Assembly (NCBI RefSeq): GCF_001194135.2
Contig: NC_068993.1
Location: 36,702,259 to 36,766,258, forward strand
Source: Octopus bimaculoides
Lineage: Eukaryota
Direction: 5' to 3'
Length of the DNA stretch: 64,000 bases
The stretch's first letter is position 1. Every line of letters begins with the position of its first letter. Positions 53,701-64,000 of this stretch are shown piece after piece. The notes under the pieces were generated by a model. It had not been told where the DNA came from. It saw only the letters and a list, made by a program, of their open reading frames with translations, and searched no databases. Both the position numbers and the translations under genes were made by a program.

Positions 53701-53963
53701 TGCAGTGCAGTACAGCTGGAAAATAATGAAATGAAATGCATCAACAACATAGCCTCTACAGGATCACCCAGCCTGCTAGAAATACTAACCAAATCTCCCT
53801 CACATCTCATTTTACTGTCTTAAAAAGAAAGATAATGTAAGTCTAGAAAGACATCATAATGGTCATGGCTAGAATAACTGATTATAAGCCTAGGGTTAAA
53901 TAACAACAACCACTTCAGCTATATCAATAATGTTAGAACAAAACAGCTACAGTCAAAGCAGAC

Positions 53964-53998
53964 CTAGAATGTTCTGAGAAGTAGCAGTCATAGAAAAC
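53964..53998 (-). CDS. Candidate exon FSMTATSQNIL+g, phase 2 to 1
   Basis: Strong acceptor gttctaactttttcag with CTAAC, donor tag|gtctgc, phase-compatible with neighbours. Confidence 0.45.
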
Positions 53999-54155
53999 CT
54001 GAAAAAGTTAGAACGTATAAAGATAATACAAGACCAAGAAGACATTTTGCAGTTGCTGTAATTCAAACTTGTCAAAACAAGAACAATATGGGTAGGGGAG
54101 AAGAAACAGTCCGATACTACCACCAATACCACAAAAAATAGTTGATTAATTAAGC

Positions 54156-54207
<52 letters not shown>

Positions 54208-55439
54208 AATTCAAACTGGACAATGTAACAACAATAAATGTGAATTTTTTTTTTGTTCTATTAAAAACTTAAACACTACACACTTTTAAAGTCAGAACAC
54301 ACAATCTCTTTTCTAATAATCTTATCTATTAAACAAAAAAAAAATGTAGTGATCACATAAGACTAGGGTGAGATTGTAAGAGAGATTAACTTTAAATGTG
54401 ATCTGAAAATGTTACTGAGAACAAAACAACATTGCTATGAATAAATATTTATCTAAAAGAGAACAGACTCCTCCTTGTTCAAAAGACTAAATTTAGATAG
54501 GTGAAAGAATTTGAGAAACTGCTGGCTACAATTTCGCCTTTTGGTTCTAAAAATAAGAGAAAGAGCAAAAAGAAGAAAAGAAAAAAAAAATCTGAGAAAA
54601 TAGATAGTTTAACAAGAGATGAGCATGTATTTGAAATTATACTATTTACAGTGTACTAAAACTTAAAACATGGTTAGAAAAATATAGTTAACTGTAGACC
54701 ATTTGTATCTAGCGAAATATTATAGGACAGCATATTAAAATTATGTCAGTTAATTGCAATTAAGACAATTATCTATATAATATTTATATTAAGACAAATG
54801 GTAGAGGAATGGCTTTTGTGTATCAGGAGAATCATCACCAGTGTTCTAATTTTGGGGGGTATGACTGCTTATTGAAGCTGATTTACAACAGTCAGATGCT
54901 GTTCCAGTCACAGACCCTCACCTATTTCCAAGGAAGGTAATATTTCTCCAAAGTGAAACATGTTCATACACAATACTGGAAATTAATGACACTGCTGGTG
55001 ACTATCATTTACAACTATCATGCAATGTCAAGACAAGGAGACACAAACACACACACAAATCATCATTATCATTTAATGTCTGTTTTCTATGCTAGCATGG
55101 GTTGGACAGTTTGATAAGATCTGGGATCTGGCAAGCTGCATGGCTGCATTGAGGTCCAATGTCAGCATTGACAGGATTTCTGTAGCTAGATATCCTTCTT
55201 AACACCAACCACTCAAGTGTGTACTGGGTACTCTTTTCATGCCACTAACATTAGTGAGGTCACTGGTCTCTCTTCAGTTTTCCACCTGCCAAATCCACTC
55301 GCAAGGCTTTGGTCAGCCTGGAACTACAGTAGAAGACTCTTGTCATCATTGAAGTGGACCTGAACAAAACAAACTTGAAAGGTTGCAGAAGAATTAAACA
55401 GTCACCATTCAACATTTGCACTATTCTGGACAGTAAAAA

Positions 55440-56125
55440 AGATTTCAACAATGAATATCACCCAAACTGAATTTTAAAAAATGTTTCTAGCACGTGAAGT
55501 CTGTTCTTCACTTCTGTTGTGATGTAATAAAAATAGATTCTATACGGCACCTAAGGGCATTGCATGCAGTGGCTGAGACAAGGTGAAGTGTCAAAACACT
55601 TTCCCAAAATGAAATTACATTGAAAAAAGTTATGGGCAGTTTGGTAATTGGAAAGTGGAATCATCCACTAATATTCTATGAATCTTGGTGAATCAACACA
55701 GTAAAGAAATATTCTAGGAAATTGACAAAAATGTATCAAGAACTACAACATTCATATCTAGCATTAACCAATCAAAAAGGATAGATTCCTCTCCATCACA
55801 GCAACCGACCACGTTTCACAATGGTTCTGCAGGAACTGGGAAAAACTGGGTTCCAAAACTCTCCAACCTAATATCATGTTTTCAAGCATCTCGATAACTT
55901 CAAAAGATCTTTAACAACTGACCAGCACCTCAAAACACCTTTAAAGAATACATCAACTCCAGGACTCCAGAATTCTAAGCTATCAGAATACTTATTTTGT
56001 TATGGCAAAAATGGAGTAGACTCTCATGGCAATTATTTCAAAGAATAAAATTTATTTTGAATGGAGAAATATTATTGTCTTCAAATGTCATTGTTAAAAA
56101 TCACAATTATTTTTGTACCAACTTT
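55440..56125 (+). mobile_element. Mariner (Mos1-like) transposase relic, catalytic half
   Basis: Degraded motifs in order: ..CD.K.ILY, KKVM..W...GIIH, LLH.N.RPH, YHVFKHLDNF, SRTPEF, WQK.VDS.GNYF. Confidence 0.8.
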
Positions 56126-56498
56126 GATGCTTAAGTTTTTGATCAGCTAAAAAATGATTTTCAAATGATATTTCAAATATTATGAATTACTAAATGTTTA
56201 TTTTTGTCTCCATTTCCCACAAGCTATTTTTGTTTGCTGTAACAATATTGTGATTCCTTACCAGCACACACACACACACACACAGGGTTCCTATCTACCA
56301 AATGTCCCTCAGAGGCAATGATAGAAAACACTTGTGGAATCAATTCTAGGAACATGTGGTTACAAGGTAAAACTTCTCAACTACACAGCCATACCTACAG
56401 GAGAGTACTAATAATATAACTGAATGCCCTAAATTAGAGATGGTAACCAATTCATTTCATTTACTTCATTAATGCCCTTGGGACAATGGTTCATGTAC

Positions 56499-56562
56499 GT
56501 TAACTCTAATTTTGCTTCTTTGCAAGGAATCCAAGGTAACAAAAAACTATACCAATGCAACC
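56499..56562 (-). CDS. Candidate exon (G)LHWYSFLLPWIPCKEAKLEL+ac, phase 1 to 2
   Basis: Strong acceptor tctctttgcag, only one open frame, weak donor aac|gtacat. Confidence 0.45.
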
Positions 56563-58212
56563 CTGCAAAGAGATCTTATGATATCATAAATTGTCACAAA
56601 CTGGACACGCCACTGCCACAGTCCCTAAGAGGGCTGTTACCCTGAATAAGGATTTGTAATAAACCTGTCCAACCCACATGAGCAGGCAGGGGGGAAAATG
56701 AATGTGATGATGATGATGGTGGTGGAGTATTATATTTATGTAATTACAAATTAAACTAAATATCACACAAAGTCTGAAAAGAATAATGTGAATAATGAAC
56801 AAAGAACTGCAGCTGCCAAACTCATTAACTGAAGGTTTTTCATCAGAGCCACTTCTAAAGAATTTTAGGCATCAAACAGGCAACTCAACACAAAGAATGA
56901 GGGAAGGAATCTTATGCTGTGCTAACAAGTGACCACTTAAAGTAATTGTGGTCAAGTATTGCTTTAACCCTTTTATTACCATATTCTGTTGAGATGCTCT
57001 GTGTTTCTTTCAATTAATATTAAATATAACAAAGAATTTAGTAAAATAACTTAGTTATCATTAAGCTAGTGTTAGGAACATAAATTGTAACTAAGGTTTG
57101 GTGGAAGATTTTAATTCAGAACTTTTGAAAACAAGACATTTGTACTACAGAGCCAGAGGCGGTTTCAGCTGGGTTCATATTAAAAGGTTAATCTTGCTGT
57201 GTACATCCATACAGCTATATCAATGAACTGATGTGCTAATAGAAACTTAGACTAGAATATTCCCAATAGACACTAATATGAAAGACAGCTCTGGCTGACA
57301 TCATAAGCTACATGTCAAGATCTGCAGGAAAGAAACTCATATTACTGTAGCTGATCACAGAATAGTTAATATATAAGGGATTCTTTACTGCTCGGATATT
57401 GTTGACCTAAGACTTAAGATGTTAAGGATCAATCTTACAATACAATTTCTATGTAATGTGTTAAATCTTATAGCCCAAGAAATAATGTGGCAGCTGAGGA
57501 CAGACAGAAAACCTACGAATAAGTATCCACTTATAAATCAACTATAAACTGTTTAATTACATTATATAAAAACTTCTTTTTTTTTGTGCCCACTTAAGAT
57601 CACACATCTACATGCTCACTTTCCCTCCGTCTCACGCTCTACACATTTTGTTCCTCTCCAGAATATTATCTCTCTGGAATCTCCTCCCTACTCATGTCTT
57701 TCCTGTAGGAGTTGACCGGCAACAAGGCTGACAGTATCAAGTGCACTGATCAAGAAGGACCTACAAAGATCAAGAGCAAGCACTGTCCCATCCACCAGTC
57801 TCAGCTAGTATTAAATAAAAAAGAAAGAGAAAAAAGGTGTGGCTGTGTGGTTAAGAAGTTTGCTTCCCAACCATGTGGTCTTGGGTTCAGTTGCACTGCA
57901 TGGTAAGTGTCTTCCACTTTAGCTTTGAGTCAACCAAAGCCTTGAGTGGATCTGGTTGATGGAAACTAAAATAAACCTGTCGTGTGTGCGTGTGTGTACG
58001 TGTTTGTCCCCATCACTATTTGAAACTCAGTGCTGGTTTGTTTACATCCCCATAACTTAGCAGTTTGTAAAAAAGAGACCAATAGAATAAGTGCCGGGTT
58101 TAAAAATAAGTACTAGGGTCAATTTGCTTGACTGAACCCTTCAAAATTTGTCTCAGCATGGCTGCATTATAAAAGCTGAAACAAGTAAAAAAATTTTTTT
58201 AAACCTGTAACC

Positions 58213-58473
58213 CAGTGATTCTCATCTGGGGTCTATATGGCCCTTAGAGACATATGAACCCAGTTGTTAAAATTCATGTGCAATAAATTAGTTATACTTC
58301 TACAATGCATACAATATTTTCATAATTTTTTTAATACAATTCCAAATAGTATTTAATTATAAAAATGTATAAACATTTTTTTGAAAATCAAATTGCTGAG
58401 GAACTTACCCTAATAAAATAGGAATCAAAAGGAATCCAGAGGTAAAAAATGGTTGGGAAACACTGTTGTAACC
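58213..58473. mobile_element. hAT-Charlie-type MITE
   Basis: cagtgattctca ... ttgggaaacactg ends; TSD ctgtaacc / ttgtaacc (7 of 8). Confidence 0.7.
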
Positions 58474-58569
58474 TTACATTTATTTTTTAATAGTAAGAGC
58501 CACTATGGTCAGACATATATACAAATTTATATATTGGAGAACAAGGAGAGAGAGAGAGAGGGAGAGAGA

Positions 58570-58601
<32 letters not shown>

Positions 58602-58734
58602 NNNNNNNNNNGAGAGAGAGAGAGAGAGAGAAACAAAACAAAAAAGCAAACATCTGTTTATAAATTAACAACACAAACTTTATGAATGAATGCTGAGACA
58701 GATTATATATATAGTTATTAGGAATAAATTCATG

Positions 58735-59312
58735 GGATATGAAAGTGGAACTGGAGGAAAGACTGCAGTTTTCGCAGATCATCTACACAACCCTGAGGCC
58801 AAATGTAGTTCTGTAGTCAGAAAAGGCAAGGAAAATATTCTTGATTGAGCTTAGTCTTGTGGGAAGAAGGGTATGATCAAGCCTATAAACTGAAGCATGC
58901 CAAGTATGAGAGCCTTCTGCAGGATTGCAGGGAGAAGAGATGGCAGTTATGGCTTTTCCCAGTCAATGTTAGCTGTATGTGATTCCCTGCCCAATTGGTA
59001 CAGAGGATGCTTTCAGTCATTGGAATGAGAGGAAAAGTGCAAAGGGTGGCTGTGTAATGAGTGGGAGAGGCAGCAGAAAGAGCCACTTACTGGTTATGGA
59101 GCAAAAGAAATAAGTTAAGGTGGACGCCAAGATGAGATGATGAGCAGTGATTTGGCCAATTCTACTGACCCACTAGTAGGAGTGTGTCACAGTTCAGGGT
59201 CAAAACACCCAATGAAAGTTGGATACTGTCTGATGACATCAGTTCCTCTAGATCAAAGCTCCATTCACTTTGGTGAATGGAAAGAAGCACCTTCTTCTAG
59301 GTGTCATCAACA
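58735..59312 (+). mobile_element. 5'-truncated HERO-like RLE non-LTR retrotransposon with a 26-bp TSD
   Basis: WDMKVELEERLQF..TLRPNVVL..IELxxxWEEG..KYE..GEAAERATYWLW; atatagttattaggaat(a/c)a(a/g)ttcatg duplicated at 58709-58734 and 59313-59338. Confidence 0.85.
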
Positions 59313-59670
59313 ATATAGTTATTAGGAATCAGTTCATGATGTTCCCTTTGTTACAACTAAAAGTCAGAGGTCATAAAATCAAAACTAGAAATGCAGTATA
59401 GGGATGTGAAAAACAGGTAGCTAAAAGAACCTTATTCCTATGTTAACTTATACTTTTTGTCAATATGTTGTAAAAATCAATGTTGTAGCAGCAAAACTCA
59501 ATTATTTGAAATAACGAAAATCCTACAAACCATTTCTTATGTATAAGCGATATCATAGTGTAACTGTTACAGAACTTACGTAAATATTTTTCAGTTGAAA
59601 TTTAATGCTTTGTTGAAAAACTTCTACCTTTAGTTGCATACAGGTATATCATCCTGTACACATTCATGTA

Positions 59671-59982
59671 ATTTAGATCAGCAGTTCTTAACCTGAGAGT
59701 ACTGACCCCTGGTGTGGTCGTTTGGGGTTTCTCGGGTGTGTCACGGAAGATTTGGGAGAAAGTAATTTATTTCATGTATTTGAGGTACTGCATTGCAGTT
59801 GTATTGCTGTATTACAGCTGCGAGTAGTATCATGATTGTATGTGCTTTGCTTCTGCTCCCTGATTCTCACGGCCCTTTGTGTTCAAAGACCATTACAAAA
59901 TTTATTATAGGGGTCACAGTAATACCCTGGAGAGCCTCATAGGGTAAGATGATGAAAAAGGTTAAGAACCACTGATTTAGAT
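59671..59982. mobile_element. hAT-Charlie-type MITE (59679-59974) with a perfect 8-bp TSD ATTTAGAT
   Basis: TIRs cagcagttcttaacct / aggttaagaaccactg; TSD at 59671-59678 and 59975-59982. Confidence 0.92.
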
Positions 59983-61319
59983 CATCAGGGAGAATAGTTA
60001 GCTGAAATAATACCAATGGAGTAGAGCATCTGTATGTTTTAGGAAAAAAGCTCTGCCAGTGCTCAGAAACATAAATGCATTGGGTCTTCGAGTGTTCATT
60101 TAATGTCTATTTTCCCTATACTAGCAAAGGTTTGGGTGGAGACTTGAGACAGGATTTTATGGCTGTATGCTTTTCCTGTTGCTGAATCCTTAATTGCTTA
60201 TTCCACAAGTTCTTTGAAAGAAGACATCAACAAGTAATATAAACATCAACACGGTTTTGCTCAAGCAATGATAAGCATGGAGTACCTAAGAACTGTACAT
60301 ATGGACGTACACACACACAACAGGGTTCCTACAGCTTCTGTCAAGCAAATCTGCTCATATGCATTGGTCTGTACAAGGCACTTACCCAAGGTACCACACT
60401 GTGAGACTGAACCCAAAACCATGTGGTTGTGAAACAAACGTCTTAACAACACAACTGTACCTACGCCTATTTAATATTATTCTTGATGAACCAATGACTG
60501 AGAGGAGCAGGCTATCTATCAGCTCACTCCATTGCAATAAAAGGGTTTAGCAACAGCAGTGACCACACAGGGCCAGAGTGTTTTAGGGAAGGGAAAAGTT
60601 GATTTAATTAACCCCTAATCTGAGACTTTATTTTGCTGATGATGAAAGACACTATTGACCTCAATGACCAGGATTTGAACTCAGAATGTAAAGAGCAAGA
60701 ATAAATATTGCATAGCATATTTTCTAATACTAATGATTCAGCCAATCCACAGTAGTAGTAGTAGCAACAGCAAAACACCATCCATAAACACATAAATGGT
60801 GGGTATTCATTCTAAGCCTGCCTGATCGGTGCACCCATGCAAGCATTACACACACACACACACACACGAGACTACATATTTGCATATACACAGACACTAA
60901 AGCACATACGCGCATATGCTCAAAGCCATAGCAAGCATAAAATATTTTAATTATCAAACAGAAAATAATTATCAAAAAGTAAATAAATACAAAAAAAAAG
61001 GGAAAAACAGAAACAGGTCTCCAGCAAATGCTGTAATACGGGAAATAAATTGCAATCATGTATTGTCTATTAATAATGCGAAACAAATTAGGTGGAAAAT
61101 TATTTGTAAAACGCCACAATTAATGCCAAAACTTCCCTACCGACAAAACACTGTAACCAGCAATACAAGGAAGCAAAGAGAGATGGAAAATAGTACAAAT
61201 GTAAATTACAGTGCAATTATACTGCAGCACAATATTTTACTACTTTCTTGCAATGTTTTTGCATAATATATTTCTTCTTCTACTAGATTATTATTATTAT
61301 TATTATTATTTTTTTTTTT

Positions 61320-63095
61320 CTACTCTAGGCACAAGGCCTGAAATTTTTTGGGAGGGGGCTAATCGATTAGATCGACCCCAGTAGGCAACTGGTACTTAAT
61401 TTATCGACCCTGAAAGGATGAAAGGCAAAAATGACTTTGGCAGAATTTGAACTCAGAACGTAAAGACAGACGAAATACCGCTAAGCATTTTACCCAGCGT
61501 GCTAACGTTTCTGGCAGCTCACCACCTTAGATTATTATTATTATTACATAACACTGGTTGATTGACAGAATTCTAAAAGAATCTTGCTGTACTTGCTCTG
61601 ACATTTTATGTTCTGAGTTCAAATCCTACCAAGTTCAACTTCTGCTTTCATCCATCTGAGGTTGATGAAATACCAGTCAAGTAATGAGGTCAATACAATC
61701 AATTGTTTACCTCCCAGTAATTTTCAGGCTTTGTCAGAATTAATTATTATTATTATCATCATAATGGCAGCAAGCTGGGTAAAATGCTTAGCAGCATTTT
61801 ACCCATCATTATGTTCTGAGTACAAATTCTGCCAAGGTCAACTTTGCTGGTAATCCTTTCACGGTTGATTAAATAAGTACACACTGGGGTTGATGTAATC
61901 AACTTAATCCCCTCTCCCAAGTTGCCCTTGTGGCAAAAACTTGAAATCATCATCATCATCATCATTATTATTATTATTATTATTATTAACAGCAGCAAGC
62001 TGGCAGAATCATTAGTGTGTCAGACAAAAGGCTTAGCGGTATTTTATCTGTCTTTATGTTCCGAGTTCAAATGCTGCCGAGCTTGACTTTGCCTTTCATG
62101 CTTTCGGGTTGATAGAATGAGTACCAGTTGAGCACTGGGGTCAATGTAATCAACATGCACCCTCCCCCACAATTACTGGCCTTGTGCCCAAATTTGAAAC
62201 CATTATTATTGTTATTGCTGTTAAGGTAACAAACTGGCAGAACAGTTAGCACATTGGACAAAGTGCTTAACAGCATTTCATCCGTCTTCATGCTCTGAGT
62301 TCAAATTCTGCTGAGGTCAATTTTACCTTTCATCCTCTGAGGGTTTAAGATAAAATTAAGTAGCAGTTGAGTACTGGGATCGATGTAATCAACTATCCAC
62401 CCTCCCCAAAATTTCAGGCCCTGTACCTATAGTAGAAGGAATTATTATTATTATTAAGGCAGCGACTGGCAGAATCATTAGCACATTGGACAAAATGCTT
62501 AGCAGCATTTCTTGCAACTGTTCATATTCCAAGTTCAAATTCCATCAAGGTCAGCTTTGACTTTCATCCTTTCTGGGATCAATAAAATACAAAACCAGTC
62601 AAAGTTGATTTAAACCCACTATTCCCCACCAACTGATTTCTGGCCATGCATCAATGTTAGAGAATGGACTGGTGGAATTATTTGACCACCAGACAAAAGA
62701 CTATCCAATATTTCTTCCAACAAATTGAGATTTCAAATTCTGCAAAAGTCAACTTTTGCTGTACATCCTTTTGAGGGCCAATAAAATAAAGTACCAGTCA
62801 TGTTCTGGGGTTGATGGCATTGATTAAATTCCTCCTCTCAAAACTGCTGGCCTAGTGCCTCAAGTAGAAATCATTATTAATATTTTATTTTTTTTGTTAA
62901 GGTGGCGGGCTGGCAGAATTATTAAGCATGCCAAGCAAAATACTCAGCAGCAATTCATCCATTTTTATGTTCGGAGTTTAAGTTCTGCCAAGGTCAACTC
63001 AACCTTTCAGGGCCAATAAAATAAGTACCAGTTGAACACTAAGATCAACTTGCTCCCTTCTCCAAACTTACTGACCTTGTGCCAAAATTTGAAAC

Positions 63096-63144
<49 letters not shown>

Positions 63145-63914
63145 TTNNNNNNNNNNNNNNNNNNNNNNNNNNNNNNNNNNNNNNNNNNNNNNNNNNNNNN
63201 NNNNNNNNNNNNNNNNNNNNNNNNNNNNNNNNNNNNNNNNNNNNNNNNNNNNNNNNNNNNNNNNNNNNNNNNNNNNNNNNNNNNNNNNNNNNNNNNNNNN
63301 NNNNNNNNNNNNNNNNNNNNNNNNNNNNNNNNNNNNNNNNNNNNNNNNNNNNNNNNNNNNNNNNNNNNNNNNNNNNNNNNNNNNNNNNNNNNNNNNNNNN
63401 NNNNNNNNNNNNNNNNNNNNNNNNNNNNNNNNNNNNNNNNNNNNNNNNNNNNNNNNNNNNNNNNNNNNNNNNNNNNNNNNNNNNNNNNNNNNNNNNNNNN
63501 NNNNNNNNNNNNNNNNNNNNNNNNNNNNNNNNNNNNNNNNNNNNNNNNNNNNNNNNNNNNNNNNNNNNNNNNNNNNNNNNNNNNNNNNNNNNNNNNNNNN
63601 NNNNNNNNNNNNNNNNNNNNNNNNNNNNNNNNNNNNNNNNNNNNNNNNNNNNNNNNNNNNNNNNNNNNNNNNNNNNNNNNNNNNNNNNNNNNNNNNNNNN
63701 NNNNNNNNNNNNNNNNNNCAGTACCGCCTGACTGGCCTTCGTGCCGGTGGCACGTAAAAGCACCCACTACTCTCTCGGATTGGTTGGCATTAGGAAGGGC
63801 ATCCAGCTGTAGAAACTCTGCCAAATCAGATTGGAGCCTGGTGTAGCCATCTAGTTCACCAGTCCTCAGTCAAATCATCCAACCCATGCTAGCATGGAAA
63901 GCAGACGTTAAATG

Positions 63915-63949
<35 letters not shown>

Positions 63950-64000
63950 CATTATAAGGTAGTAAGCTGGCAGAATCATTAGCATGTTAGGCAAAATGCT
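61320..64000. mobile_element. Dense array of family-B SINEs: one reverse copy, then about 8 forward head-to-tail copies separated by (ATT)n
   Basis: Repeated ggcagaa..ttagca..GAGTTCAAAT..ctttcatcc..gtaccag units, interrupted by a gap and a family-C SINE. Confidence 0.9.

Noticed and set aside
63007-63846. Long ORFs of 207-259 aa in the track (also those over 42784-43059 and 58453-58782)
   Set aside because: Artefacts of N runs and microsatellites.
1-64000. tRNA genes, rRNA, CRISPR arrays, prokaryotic operons
   Set aside because: A/B-box sequences are all SINE heads with no full cloverleaf. No constant-repeat/unique-spacer array or rRNA-like sequence was seen, and the DNA is eukaryotic and intronic.

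Overview
AT-rich, repeat-dense eukaryotic genomic DNA with assembly gaps. The SINE families and the (CA)n/(TA)n/(ATT)n/(GAT)n microsatellites look like an octopus (coleoid cephalopod) genome; this taxon call is an inference. Nearly all ORFs in the supplied track are chance ORFs or transposon debris. Reading splice sites by hand shows a large multi-exon protein-coding gene on the minus strand that appears to run through the whole window and off its left end. The 3' exons (6258-6286, 5068-5127, 3393-3438, a 12-nt microexon at 1949-1960, and 316-443) join in frame into a Lys/Glu/Ser-rich tail: ...WYFGGDKVS-SPSSEKEREYYEEKKKEKKR-DISSDRSSVEVKKRK-ESLK-GNSKLNGESVELQLSSSMSKEEHRRQEKQFSKHDSSEKERSKR. Candidate upstream exons between 27.8 and 56.6 kb are phase-compatible but less certain. 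I do not recognise the protein. The introns hold tRNA-derived SINEs (often stacked head-to-tail), RTE-tailed SINEs, Penelope-like relics, R4/Dong-like and HERO-like RLE LINE fragments, mariner/piggyBac/hAT/pogo relics and MITEs. The most notable element is a complete type I hammerhead ribozyme at 24715-24762 (+ strand, antisense to the host gene). It forms one arm of a ~120-nt inverted repeat whose other arm is a core-mutated copy of the ribozyme on the host-sense strand. Several more degenerate hammerhead cores lie in Penelope-like ends across the window.
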